Below, piece after piece: positions 12,661 to 25,533 of a DNA stretch of 64,000 nt (position 1 is its first letter; each line of letters begins with the position of its first letter). Source of the stretch: Podarcis pityusensis (taxonomy: Eukaryota). A program made the translations under genes and the position numbers. The stretch lies in assembly GCA_964106645.2 (NCBI GenBank), contig OZ067046.1. One strand, 5' to 3'. The notes beneath the pieces are model-generated. The model saw nothing but the letters and a program-made list of their open reading frames with translations. It had not been told where the DNA came from and ran no database searches.

Positions 12661-13435
12661 GAAAAACTAGTGAAAAGAGGGGAAATCCTCACTTGCTACA
12701 GCTTGTTAATGATTATGGTTACAGAGAATGCAGCAAATTTCTTTGGGATTAATAGTGGCTTCATTGGCTACAAGGTACTGCTGTTCTAGATGACCACCTT
12801 CTCCTTTGCACTGTGGCATAATACCACAGCAGAGCGTTTTCCATGATGATGGTGCAGTTACAGGATGCTTTCCCTAAGGAGCTGTATCAGGCTCCTTCAC
12901 TGCTGAATGCTCTTCAGTCATAGGAGAGTACAACTGGCTGTTTGCAATTGTTTTATGGATGAATGAAGCAACAGAGGACATTCCCCATCACTGTTGCTAT
13001 GCGCTTCCTTATATTTCTGACAACAACCAGTGTTCTTGTTTCACTGCATTTCAGTTGATATCGCTGGTTAACTGTTACTTTTTAAAAAAGTTATTTAAAG
13101 AAGAGGAGGTTATAAAACACAATTGTTCCAAAGGGATGGGCTCTTGGAACCTTGTGGTTGGGTTGTCAAATGCCAGCAGTATGCAGTGTTGCAAGAATTA
13201 GTAAACAAACACAGAAAAAATAATGGGCAAGTATTTAACTAGTAGTTAAAAAGCCAGTAAATTCTAGCTTCACTTTTGAGGATTTTACCTACCGTTTTTA
13301 TTTTTGTTACATATCTTATTATCTAAAATTCAAAACTTTATTATTACAGTATATTCATTTATTATATATTAAAATGAATATAATATTTATTATAAAGCTT
13401 AAAGCATTATATTATTATCATTATTATTATTTCAT

Positions 13436-14531
13436 TTTTTTTTAAAGCAATTTATTAGGTTTTACAATAAAAATAAACATAATAAGCAATATAACATTGA
13501 TCTTAACATATTTTCACATTTTCTTTGGACTTCCTCACATCTCCCGCTCCCACTTTCATCGTTGTAACATTTTGTCAGCAATTTATCATCTTATTTAAAA
13601 TTCTTATATCCCTTCTATATTTCATAATCTTATAATTCTCAGAAGGAGCTAAATTTCACAGTCTTACTTATTTTCTTAAAAACTTCTAAATTTAGTGGTG
13701 CTCAGTTATTTTGATCTAGCATCTTATTTAGCATTCACTCAAATTACAATACTTTTGTAAATAGTTCTTAAATTTCTTCCAGTCCTCCTCAATCCTCTCT
13801 TCTCCCAGGTCACGGATTCTGCCGGTCATTTCAGCTAGTTCCATGTAGTCTATCAGTTGTATCTGCCATTCTTCCAGTGTGGGTAGATCTTGAGTTTTCC
13901 AATGTTTTGCGAGAAGTATCCTTGCTGCTGTTGTTGCATACATAAAAAATGTCTGGTCCTTCTTTGCCACCCCTTGGCCGACAATACCCAAAAGGAAAGC
14001 CTCTGGTTTCTTAGTGAAGGTATATTTAAATACCTTTTTCAGTTCATTATAAATCATTTCCCAGAACGCCTTCACTTTAGGGCAAGTCCACCAGAGGTGG
14101 AAGAACGTTCCCTCACACTCTTTGCATTTCCAACACTTATTATCAGACAGGTGGTAAATTTTGGCAAGTTTGACTGGGGTCATATACCATCTATAAATCA
14201 TTTTCATTACATTTTCTTTCAGAGCGTTACATGCAGTAAATTTCAATCCATTACTCCACAACCTCTCCCAGTCCTCAAACATGATATTGTGCCCAATGTC
14301 CTGTGCCCACCTTATCATAGCCGATTTAACCGTTTCGTCTTGTGTATTCCATTTCAACAGCAAGTTATACATCCTTGAAAGTACCTTAATCTTTGGTTCT
14401 AGCAATTCTGTTTCTAATTTCGATTTCTCCACCTGGAACCCTAGTTTCTTATCATTTTTAAAAACTTCTTTAATCTGAGCGTAATGTAACCAATCTCGCA
14501 CTTTGTCTTTCATTTTCTCCAAACTCTGCAA
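13436..14531 (-). mobile_element. Young 5'-truncated L1-clade LINE with open ORF2 C-terminus
   Basis: 267-aa ORF (13728-14531) with the CWKCKECEGTFFHLWWTCPKV zinc-knuckle motif; AATAAA + poly(A) at 13436-13457; perfect 16-bp TSD ATTATTATTATTTCAT (13420-13435, 14532-14547). Confidence 0.92.
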
Positions 14532-15807
14532 ATTATTATTATTTCATGCAGGCGTTCCCTGCAGTGTTGTCTGCCCTACTGAATGCTTTGCTGTTTGTTT
14601 GTAATTTATTTTGTATATGCTTTCAAATTTTAACATGTACACTGGTATTTTATATGGTGCTGAGTGGTTTATATAGGTTGTATACCACCATGAAATCAGA
14701 ATAGGATGATGGGCAGTTTATAAATGTTTTTAGTAATAAATCAATAAATTTCAATGGTTTAGTTAGCTATCAAGCCACTCCCCACTTTTGAGCATACTTG
14801 TTAAAAATTCAATTCGAGAACCTGTAACAGAAAACAGAAAATATGTGTACTTTAAGCTGTTGTTTAGTGTATGATACCAATGTGTCTCGGTAGTCTAATG
14901 CCACGCACAGTCTTTAACAACTGTCAAACCAACTCAATAGATGGCAAGCAAAGCCCTTTTTGTAATAAAAAGGGCAATTCTATTGAGATGCAGTGCTTAC
15001 GCTTAGAAGTGGAATAAAACCCAATGGATGTCTGAAAAAGAAAGAAAGAAAGACCTGAAAGAGGGATGAGATTTGAGAATAAAAGATATTGTAAGGATCG
15101 CATGATCAGATGATGAGAGGTCTTAGACAAGGAGGTAGAAGACCAAAAGGATGCTCATTTGCAATCCTTGGGGGATAAACTAAGGAGGAAAACAATCCCC
15201 CTTTTTGTTTATACTGGTGAGTAACTCAATTTCATCTTATTTGGAACATAACAGAAAGATGAAAACTAAAATGGAAACAGGTTTTGAATTAGGGTCAATT
15301 TTTGTTTAATCAGCCAACATTAAAGCAAAATGGAATTAGGACAGTGAGTGAATGACATGCATGATTGATAGGAGACGTTTGAAATCCCATCTCTGTAAAC
15401 AAAATGGTCACCAATGTGCTCACTGATGGAACTGATTGAAGAATCATTTGGATGACCCCTAAGACTAATATATACATAGTCAAGACACACAGTTATGCTG
15501 CTCCAGAAAAATGATTTAATGCTCACTCCAAAAGGAGCACAGCTACCTACTACTGAGCTGATACAGCAGGCGCCATTAGCAGCGCAGCCCCTACCCTCCA
15601 ACACTTTGAAGCCAAAATCCAGAACGCCACCTTCCTGGATGCCATCTTCCCATTTCCCCCCAGGACATAACCCCCGGGGAAATGGGGAGTCGCCTGTATA
15701 AGAAAACGGGAGAGGCACTATTACTATTGCTTGAGTCTGATGCAGTGTCTGCTGCTTTGGGGGTGTGTGTTAGGGTTCACTCACAGAGGTTTCTTCAGCT
15801 CTGGTAA

Positions 15808-16173
15808 GGGACGCAGGTGGCGCTGTGGTCTAAACCACCGAGCGTCTTGGGCTTGCCGATCAGAAGGTGGCGGTTCGAATCCCCGCAGTGGGGTGAGCTC
15901 CTGTTGCTCGGTCCCTGCTCCTGCTAACCTAGCAGTTTGAAAGCACGCCAAAAAGTGCAAGTAGATAAATAGGTACCGCTCTAGCGGGAAGGTAAACAGA
16001 GTTTCCGTGCACTGCTCTGGTTCGCCAGAAGCGGCTTAGTCCTGCTGGCCACATGACCTGGAAAAACTGCGGACAAACGCCAGCTGCCTCGGCTTGTAAA
16101 GCGAGATGAGCGCCGCAACCCCAGAGTCATCTGTGACTAGACTTAACTGTCAGGGATCCTTTACCTTTTTTTT
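15808..16173 (+). mobile_element. Sauria SINE, full length
   Basis: tRNA-like head with A box (GGTGGCGCTGTGG) and B box (GGTTCGAATCC), Sauria body, CCTTTACCTTT tail. Confidence 0.92.
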
Positions 16174-16712
16174 TAAGGTGACAGCAATCAAGCAAATCTT
16201 ACAATCAAAACATCTGGTGTACGTGCAGACTATGCAGCAACTTTACTCAAAGTAGTTCAGGTTTGTCCCCAATATTTATTTGAATCAAGCTGTTGCTCAG
16301 ACTGTTTTGTACTAATCGTCAGCAGGGTTTCCTCATAAACCTCATCAGTGAAATGGTGAAATGCCACTGCTTGGGGACGTCTGCAACAAACTAAGACCCA
16401 GGGAATATTCAAACCATATAGCAAGCTGCATTATCCATCTAGGTCAATATTGTCTACACTGACCGCTGGCTATCCAGGGTTCCGGAAAGGAGTCTTTCTC
16501 AGCCCAACCTGAAGATATCATGAACTTCCCTTCAGTGTGTCCAGGGTGGGGGGTGGGGGGAGGAATTGGGCACTTTTTCCTGGCATGAATTATTAAGAAC
16601 AGATGATACATAATCAATTTTCCAACAGCAAATTTCATTGATTTATTTCATTGTAGGAATCCTTCCATTCATATTACTCTTAATCTACAAATTTCATATA
16701 GATAAGAAAATG

Positions 16713-17542
16713 TCATAGAATCGCAGAATCTTAGAGCTGGAAGGGACCTTGAGGGTCATCTAGCCCAACCGCCTGCAATGCAAGAATCTCAGCTAAAGCA
16801 TCCAGGACAGACAGATGGCCGCCATCCAACCTCTGTTTAAAAACTTCCAAGGAAGAAGAGTCCACCACCTCTTGTGGGAGTCTGTCCACTGCAGAACAGC
16901 TCTTACCGTCAGAAAGTTTTCCCAAATGTTTAGTAAGAATCTCCTTTCTTGTAACTTGAAGTGTTCTACTTCAGGAGAAAACAACCTTGCTCCCTCTTCC
17001 ATGTGACAGCCCTTGACATATTTGAAGATGGCTATCATATCTCCTTGCAGTCTCCTCTTTTCCAGGCTAAACATACCCAGCTCCTTCAAATGCTCCTCAT
17101 AAGGTTTAGTTTCCAGACCCTTGATCATCTTGGTCACCCTCCTTTGCACGTGTTCCAGCCTGTCAACATCCTTCCTAAATTGTGGTACCCAGAATTGGGC
17201 ACATTATTCCAGGTGTGGTCTGATCAAGGCAGAATTAAGTGGTGCTATTGCTTTCCTTGATCTGAACGCTATACTTCTGTTGATGCATTGTAGAATAGCA
17301 TTAGGTTTTTTTGCTGTTGCATCACACTGTTGAGTCATGTGAAGCTTGTGGTCCACCAAGACCCCTAGATCCTTTTCACATGGCCTGATTGCAAGCCAGG
17401 TGTCCCCCATCCTATATTTGTGCATCTGGTTCTTCCTGCCTAAGTAGCAGAACCTTACATTTGTCCCTATTTAAATTCATTTTGTTAGCTTGGGCCCAGT
17501 TCTCCATTTTGTTAAGGTCATTTTGAATTCTGATTCTGTTTC
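16713..17542 (-). mobile_element. 5'-truncated CR1 LINE
   Basis: Peptides CEKDLGVLVDHKLHMTQQCDA..LIRPHLE and QRRVTKMIKGLETKPYEEHLKELGMFSLEKRRL; GATTCTATGA tail at 16713-16722. Confidence 0.93.
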
Positions 17543-17706
17543 TGAGGCATTTACCTGCCCATCCTTTCCACTTTATCTCCACTCACAGGTTTCTCTTAGA
17601 AGCTCAGGAGCCTTTTTCAGCATGAATTTGCAAAAATCTTTATCGTGTAGGTAGAAGTGTGATTGACTGAGGATCAAGGGAGATGCTAATTTTATTTAGA
17701 AAAAAA

Positions 17707-17815
17707 TAGCTCAGTCAATAATCTCAGGGCTGTGAGTTCGAGTCCCAGGTTGAGCAAAAGATTCCTACATTTCAGGAGGTTGGACTAGATGACCCTTCCA
17801 CTCTATGTCTCTGTG
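17707..17815 (+). mobile_element. tRNA-headed SINE with CR1-like tail (deleted copy)
   Basis: TAGCTCAGTC A-box remnant and GTTCGAGTCC B box, followed by GATTCCTACATT..GGTTGGACTAGATGACCC, which matches the CR1 3' end. Confidence 0.55.
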
Positions 17816-18777
17816 ATTTGGTGAATTCTGTGATATAAACAGCTAAAAAACAAGCAAACCCTCTAACAGTGTACACAGAACAGTTATCTGTAATACAAGT
17901 TGAAATCAGAAACATTTTATATATTTATAGAAAATTATATGGATAGGATCATTGAAATCATTTTTTAAAATTCAGGAAATTTAAAAGGGAAAACATGGTG
18001 AGGGGAGATTTCTTTGGATCAGGACCACACCACTGTGGAAGGTGTTTAACCTGAAGCTCCCTGTTAAGTGTATAGTTGGTGGCAATCTCAAGTTTGCCTC
18101 TACAATTCCATTTGCCATGACCCAGAGACCATGCAGCGTGTGAATGCCTCAGAGGAAGATGAGAGCAGGTCTTCATCCTTGGGTAAAGAGCTGCCAGAAT
18201 TATCTTCAGAGGACACAGGGGATGAGTTTCCCATGCAGCCCTGTCTCCCCAGCCTCATAGAAGCCAAAGAAGAAGGAGAGGACCTCTTAACATCCAGCCA
18301 GCCCCCTTTCGCAGGCTGAGCTTTCTGCGCTACAGCTGCATGCAATGCATGAAGGCTTCTGTTGGAGGTAGGTGCTTGCAGAGACAGCTGCATACAAAGT
18401 TACCTCAGCAGGGTCCTGGGCGCTCTCCAAGGTCCTGCAGGTGCTCTCAAAGCCTCAGCCTCCTAAGGAGACCCCTCCAGGCTTCCTCAATGAGCCCTGA
18501 GCTCCGTGATGCAATAAATCTGCCAATTCATGAAAAAGCAGTGTTCAGCAATCCAATATTCTTCCTCAGGAGACGGACCGAGGGCTTACCCCACATACAT
18601 TATGCATTAGGTACACTCAAGATATTATAAGGATATGCTTCATATAAGTTTGTATGTTCTTTTTTGCAAGTATATAGTCCTAAGAGAAACCCTAAGCTCC
18701 TGGGAAGAGCAGTTAGGAGGGTGTTGAATATCGCAGGGCTCCAGTGCTCAAGGGGGAGGTCAGAGGTCTCCCTGGAG

Positions 18778-19737
18778 TAGGGTTGCCATGTTTTGAAGAG
18801 CAAAAAAGAGGACCTCGTGCCCATAATGTTCCTGAGGGGGGACAAAGCAGCAACTCCACCCCCCTAAAGACACAAACAGCCCCATGTTTCTTCTTGAGCC
18901 CGTTTCCACCTCTTCCTGTTCACTGCCCAGGAATGGGCCAAACAGCTACCCTCAATTCTGCCAGTTACTTTTAGCCCACCTGTGCCCTTTCTGCATGCAC
19001 ATAGGCCATCACCACCCAGGATGGTGTGGTGCCACCATGCGCGCATTCCCTTCAGGCTGGCCCTTGCTCCAAATTCACACTCATCCCCCCAAAGTGCAGT
19101 ATAGTCTGCAGTATTAACAAGCCCGTCTGCTCCAACATCATCTCCAGGTGCGGGGAACCTGGGAGCTCAGCTATGACAGGCACCAGGAGCTGGCCTGGGA
19201 AAGCAAGGCACAGAGCCTGCCGCCAAGGAGGAGGAGAAAGCAACAGCTGGCTCTCCTTTCGAGCGGCCCTGCATGTCTTGCACACTGTGACAAACGACAG
19301 GTTGCTTGACTAGACAGCAACCTAGGCTGGTTGAGTGACAAGAGAAAGCAGGAGGGGGCAAGGAGAGAGAGAGAGACAGGCAGACAACAGAGCCACAGCC
19401 TTGGAGTGGGTGGGGGGTGGGGAGGAGTGAGGGCAACTGCACACATGTGGGACCCTCTTACCCCACAGAGGAACCGCCAGGTGCCCAAAGCACCAGGGGA
19501 GATGTAGTTCCTGCTCTTCATCAGCCCTGAGGGGGGGTTTGAATTTCCTTTCCCCTTGCCCCTTCCTTCTTCTAACGGCACACGCGTGACAATTGCTCGT
19601 TGCCCTGCTCCTCACCCGCAGCTGGTACCAGACAAACAAATGAAACCCCAGACATTTTGCCCAATCCACCTGGGCAGAAAATTCAAGCTTGAAAAAGAGG
19701 ATGTGTCCAGGAAAGACAGGACATATGGCAAACCCTA
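18778..19737. mobile_element. Non-autonomous hAT element (960 bp) with GC-rich interior
   Basis: TIRs TAGGGTTGCCAT ... ATGGCAAACCCTA, AGGAC/AGAGGA subterminal motifs and a perfect 8-bp TSD CCCTGGAG (18770-18777, 19738-19745). Confidence 0.85.
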
Positions 19738-19902
19738 CCCTGGAGAGGCAACAGAGAACTCCACCCCACTACTGATCAGGGTTCAAAAGGCAGTAAGGCC
19801 AAAAAGGAAGAATTTGGTAGAACAGGGGAAGTTTTGGATCCCTGGCTCCCTGGAAATGCCTCTGGAATAGGGGGGGAAACTATTCCAGCCCTGGAGGCCT
19901 GG

Positions 19903-21130
19903 GTTCTTCTATCCCAAACAAAAGTAGGCCTAAAAAAACTGATGAGAGCATTTTTAGGATATTGCCAGAGAGAACAGCTGGCCGTGAATTACAAGAAAAC
20001 CAAAGTCATGGTTTTCTCAAGAAACTATAGGGCCCATAGATGGCACATGGACAACCAGCTTATTGAACAGGTCAAAGTTTTCAAATATCTTGATCTTATT
20101 TTCCAGTCTACGTGGTCATGGGGAGCACACCAGATATGTGCAAAAGAAAAAGTGCCAACATTCTGATACGCTTTTTCTACACAAAAGGTGGCAAATATAT
20201 ACCATCAGCCCTGGAAGTGTTCCAAGCTAAACCCCTAGCAAAGGTATTATAAGGGGCTCAGATATGGACAGGCACTCCCCTTGGATCTACAGAAGCTGTC
20301 CAATCAAAGTTCTTAAGGCAAATTTTCTCTGTACCACCCTGTGTCCCAAATGCATCATTGCGCCTAGAGGCTCATCTTCCCTCGGTAGAATTATGGATCT
20401 GGCATATGACACTTAACTATTGGCTTCGCCTAAACTCAGTTCCCCCCTTTCTAATATCCGTAGTGCTGCAAGATTGTCACAAGAGTGCCTGGACTAAAAT
20501 TGTCTATCAAAAACTTCACTTTGGGTTTTAGTAAAGCAAACAGTCTAATTTGTCAGTGCCTAAATGATATTGAGCGTCAGAACAACTTGGCCACAATAAG
20601 GAAATTTTTCTCATGGTGTGATTATTTTCCACCTTCCCATTTTGACTCTCTGGCACTCTATCTGCATAACCTAGCAATTCTAAAATATAGACATGCCTTT
20701 ACTCTCACAAAATTAAATGTTTTGCCCTCGGCTGCACTTGAGGGATGATTCCAACAGATTCCACACGAAAACGCTTCTGTCCCTGTGGCGATGGCAGCAC
20801 CGAATCGGTGGCGCATGCCCTTCTGGCTTGCACTCTTGATTAAGACTTGAGGAATGAGGTTATCACCCCTCTTTTATTGTCCATTCCGGGTCGCCCAGCC
20901 CCTGCCACAGTGTCCTTTCTCTCGGCAGATCAAGATGAGCAGGTGACAGCAAAGGTTGAAAGGATTTTAGCTGGGGCAATTAGAATAAGATGCAGTATTA
21001 GACTATTGATTCAAAACCCTAAAATGTATATTATGTAATTGACTTTTTATTTCTATTCTTTGTATATTGTATTGTTGTTTTATTGCTATGGCCAATGGCC
21101 GATGCAAATAAAGATTCATTCATTCATTCA
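19903..21130 (+). mobile_element. 5'-truncated non-LTR retrotransposon, RTE-X-like (degenerate ORF2 3' half)
   Basis: Post-YADD RT peptides VLLSQTKVGLKKLM..VNYKKTKVMVF..IEQVKVFKYL, EAVQSKFLR, C-terminal CPCGDGSTESVAHALLAC; AATAAA + (ATTC)n tail. Clade assignment is tentative. Confidence 0.75.
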
Positions 21131-23069
21131 ACCCCTGGAACACAGGTCTTTCCCCTCCCATTGGAATGAATAAACAAGAAATATAGAAAAAGGAGGAGGA
21201 GGACGAAGAGGAAACATGACTGAAAAGAGGACAGGATACACCTGCTTCTGTTCTGTTCAGCCATCAGGGTTTTCCTCCTGACGTTCGCCTCCTCTGAGCT
21301 CCCCAGTTGTTGGGATTGACTGAGTATGGCAGATCCAGGTCTGCTGCATACATAATGAAATGGCCCTGGTGGTCTACTCAATAATTTGAAGATATTAGCC
21401 TCTAAATATATCATTACATTTCCCCCTTGCCGATGGTCCCTTGCCCTCTTATCTCCAGTGACAGCAGAGAAAATCATGGGAATTCCCAACAGGAAATACA
21501 GGCCCTGATGTGATCAGACACACTTCTGTGGCCTGCAGTTGATGTTTCATTTTGAACCCCAAACATTCCTCCTTCATGTATCTAAAAGTATTTCTGTTTG
21601 GTGATTAAGGCTGGTATTGGGTGACCTTTACTCTTCTTTCCCTTGCTTTCCTCTTAAGAGTTAAATGAGAGCCTTCCGTTCCTCTACAGGGTACTTAGAA
21701 CTAAGGCAGGATGGCGCTAGCAGCAGGTTGGTTTCATTACATTGATCGGATACATGTGCTGTTTTTTATCTCTAGCATTTTCTCAGTAATTCAGCACTTT
21801 AAAGTCTCAGCTGTCTACTGATCTGCAGACAATTGTTTGGTGTAATACTATCCGGAAAAGGCTGATAAAATGCAGATGTGGCTGGGGCTCTGAAATTTGT
21901 GGTTTGCTAAGTGGCTCCCTCCCCCGCCCCCGCCACCCCAATACTTGCTCATGGCAAGTCAGCTTCCCTGCTAAGCATGAAGACAGATTTTTTATTAAAA
22001 TGTTGTGAAGAGGAAGTAATTGCCCCAAATTATCTGCAATTTAAAAAGTTAGCGGAAATGTAAAAGAGCAGAGTTGTATATTTCTCACCTTTGTTTCTAA
22101 ACTTTAGCCAATCTGTGGGTAATGGTTATTAATTTCCAAGAGGTTTAGTTGATCAAAGTGGATGGTTCTCTGGCTGCTCAAGCAGTGCCTTCTGCTTTGA
22201 AATTAAAATGCTTTCAAAATGCACAAATTCATATAGCTCTCAATGTACAGCTATCTGTCTGATAAAATGTGATTGTGCACCAATGTGACTAAGAGCAATA
22301 AATCTTGAGCCAGGAATGATACCATATCTTAATGGTTGGCATAGGCTAAAACAGATTGTATTTGCTCTGCTATCAGATGATAGTGATTAAAGCTGGAGGA
22401 CTCTTTGCTCTAATCAACATATGTCTCCCAACTCATTGTGGTTCATGTCCTACTTCACTTGATCATTCACAGGCATGTCAGTGCAACAGTCAAATAAACG
22501 GCTTCTACTGTTTTTAAGACTGACATTAACACCAGCGTTGTGCTAGGTGGCATAGAGAACAGAAACCTCATTGTCTCTGGACCACTTGGCACATTACATT
22601 TTTTGATGTGCACCTAAGATGTTTGCAACTAACATGTGCCTATGAAAAGATTATCATCTGGGACTTCAAGCTATGGGTGGCAGCTGCTCCTTGTTGAGAG
22701 CACTTTGTGGCAAATTCGGGTCACTAAATTTTGGCCCCTTCAGATCTTCTGGCAGAGAAGACAAAGATGTTGAAGAGCAGAGGTGCCAACTTGTGAGGGA
22801 GATTGGGGGGGGGGCGACCCCTGATGTCACACACGTAATGTGCAGTGTCGCATCATGATGTCAGGAAAGGAACAGGTGAGTTGGACAACGGATCGGCTTG
22901 AACAAAACAAGCTTCACAAGAGGGAGATATCTGATAAATACACAGGATGTTCCAAAGCCCATCCACTCTTGGCACCAAATGGCAACATGATTGTAGGAGG
23001 GATCACAACTTTTATCTCCAGCCCCCTCATCAACCACAGCTTTTGTGTCCCACCCTTCATATATAATGC

Positions 23070-23385
23070 TTTCTTCTTTGACCATCATTTGTAGCCAAGT
23101 AAGATTGTCTTCCACAAACACAGTCTTAACAGTGAGTCCGTAAGTGACTGTGGAGGCCAATTCTGGATCCACACGTCCTTCCACAGTGGGGACATTGGTT
23201 TCCAGGTGGGAGTTGATCACGGTGTGGATTTGCCAAGCGTGCCTTTCTCTTAGCTCGTTTCTCCTTTTCACCCTGAGTTTGTGCTTCTTCAAAGTCCACG
23301 ACACCTTTGGCAAAGGCTGTTCTCCAATTGGAGCTCTCGCAGGCCAGTGTTTCCCAGTTATAAGTGCTTAGACCACATTTTTTTT
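23070..23385 (-). mobile_element. RTE-clade LINE 3' fragment
   Basis: Minus strand encodes a C2H2-like CPHCGRTCGSRIGLHSHLRTH motif; (GAA)n tail; closely similar to the 3' part of 23858-24558. Confidence 0.85.
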
Positions 23386-23857
23386 TAGATCATATGTAAT
23401 ACAAAACCAAAATGTGCCCCCATTCAAAAGTAGGTTCTTCAGTTTCATTTCATGTGAATGACACATAAGGACTTGGATACAGTCATCTGTCTGTCCATCC
23501 GTCTGTCTGTCTATCCACAAAAGCCAGTTCTGTCAGTTTCTAGTGAAATCAAGAAGCAGAACACAGGGTGAAGCTATGCATGTGGAGAAGGAGGATTCTG
23601 AAGGTAGGAGCCGCTCACTGGCTCCCAATACATTTTCTGGGATGAGGTAAAGAGTGCTATTTGCAAGACTGCTGCGGGAGGGGCCAAACCTGCTCCAGCC
23701 AAATGCTAAAGTCATCTGTGGGTTGGTGCAATTTCATCCACTCTCCCACTAGTGTTGGCTCCTGTCTCTGTGCTTCTGCACTTCTGTCGTTTAAAGGAAG
23801 TGCTGCCACTCCTTCCTTTTGGCAATATTCAGGTGCTACCTGAAGACGGCATGAGAC

Positions 23858-24558
23858 TCTTCTTCTTCTTCTTTGGCAATCACTTGTAGCCGAGTAAGAT
23901 TGTCTTCCATAACCACGGTTTTAACAATGAGTCCGTAAGTGACTGTGGAGGCCAATTCTGGATCCACACATCCTTCCACAGTGGGGACATTGGTTTCCGG
24001 ACGGGAGTTGATCACAGTGTGGATTTGCCAAGCGTGCCTTCCTCCTAGCACATTTCTCCCTTGCATCCTGAGTTTGAGTGTCTTCAAAGCCCATGACACC
24101 TTTGGTAAAGGCTGTTCTCCAACTGGAGCGCTTGCAGGCCGGTGTTTCCCAATTGTTGGTGTTTATACTACATTTTTAAAGATTTGCCTTGAGACAGTCT
24201 TTAAACCTCTTTTGTTGACCACCAGCATTACGCTTTCCATTTTTAAGTTCGGAATAGAGTAGATGCTTTGGGTGACGATCATCAGGCATCCGCACAACAT
24301 GACCAGTCCAACGAAGTTGATGTTGAAGAATCATTGCTTCAACACTGGTGATCTTTGCTTCTTCCAGTACACTGTTTGCATGTCTTCCCAAGTGATGTGT
24401 AAAAATTTTCAGAGACACCGTTGATGGAATCTTTTGAGAAGTTGGAGATGGCGTTTATAAGTGGCCCATGTTTCACAAGCATATAGTAAGGTTGGTAGTA
24501 CAATTGCTTTGTAAACAAGCATTTTGGTTTCCCTCCGAATCTCCTGGTCCTCAAATAC
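23858..24558 (-). mobile_element. RTE-clade LINE 3' fragment
   Basis: TKMLVYKAIVLPTLLYACETW, QLRWTGHVVRMPDDRHPK, GGQQKRFKD, CPHCGRMCGSRIGLHSHLRTH; (GAA)n tail. Confidence 0.9.
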
Positions 24559-25427
24559 CCACGCAAGGTCCCCTCCCTCTCTTGGGCATTCTACACGTTC
24601 CCAAATAACCAATAGGCTCACTTATGTGAAATAGAACTGAGCAGCCAGTGGCTGGAACATTCACCATATTGGTCATACTGAGCTTGTTCCCATTCCTCAC
24701 TTCCATAAATCCCTGTGCCACTGGGAAGTTCCTGAGTTGTGCTGTTAGTATCTTACAACATTGAACAGGATGTGAATAAATATAATTGCAGTAAAGAAAC
24801 TATCCTCAAAGAGACTGAAAGCTTAAATTCTCTTTTAAAGTCTGGCCTACATTTAAAAAAAAACAAAAAACTTTTTAATTCATCCATTAATTCATTCCTT
24901 GAGTCTTTTCATCCTTCCTTTCTGCCCTAGGGGACTCACTGCTTACAGCAACCATTCAGTAACCATTAAAACAATGCAGTAATTAAAAGTAAAGAAAGTA
25001 TTGACTTCTAAAAACAAACTAAGCAGCACAGGCTTTTTTATATTTTAAGGAAGCTATTTTGTGGTTGTTTAACTCCCAACTCTACCTTTTTGTTTCTTTC
25101 TTTGTTTTGGCAATTTATATACTGTACTGCTTAATTACAATTGTCTCTAAGCAGTGTCCTTAAACTTCCCAAAGGCTGGGTAGTTGTTGGTTTTTTAAAA
25201 AAAGAAATGCTTTAGGCACTTGTTTTGAAAACAAACAAGGACTTGTACTTATTGGGTACTTGAGAGAGCACATTAAAAATACCACAGTTCATAAGACAGT
25301 CCTGGAGACTCCCAGGACCAGGTCCCTCTTATTGGCTCCCATTCACCAGGCACCTAAGAAGCTCCTTTTCCTTATAAATCAAATGGTGACCCTTTCCTTG
25401 TCAGCACTATTTATTTATGAGCTTAAA

Positions 25428-25533
25428 GCTGCAATCCTATGCATACTTACCTGCCCCGGGACCACGTAACTCCCAGGAAATCCCATTGAACACATTGATG
25501 GTAACTTCTGAGTTAAAATGCATAGGATCCAGC
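25428..25533. mobile_element. Old palindromic MITE-like repeat
   Basis: GCTGCAATCCTATGCAT ... ATGCATAGGATCCAGC imperfect terminal inverted repeat; degenerate relatives near 46980-47055. Confidence 0.5.

Noticed and set aside
13728-14531. 267-aa ORF as a host zinc-finger gene
   Set aside because: It is bounded by poly(A) and a 16-bp TSD, so it is an L1 ORF2 C-terminus.
15808-15890. tRNA gene
   Set aside because: The A/B boxes belong to a SINE head; the same applies at 17707, 37526, 56548 and 59773.
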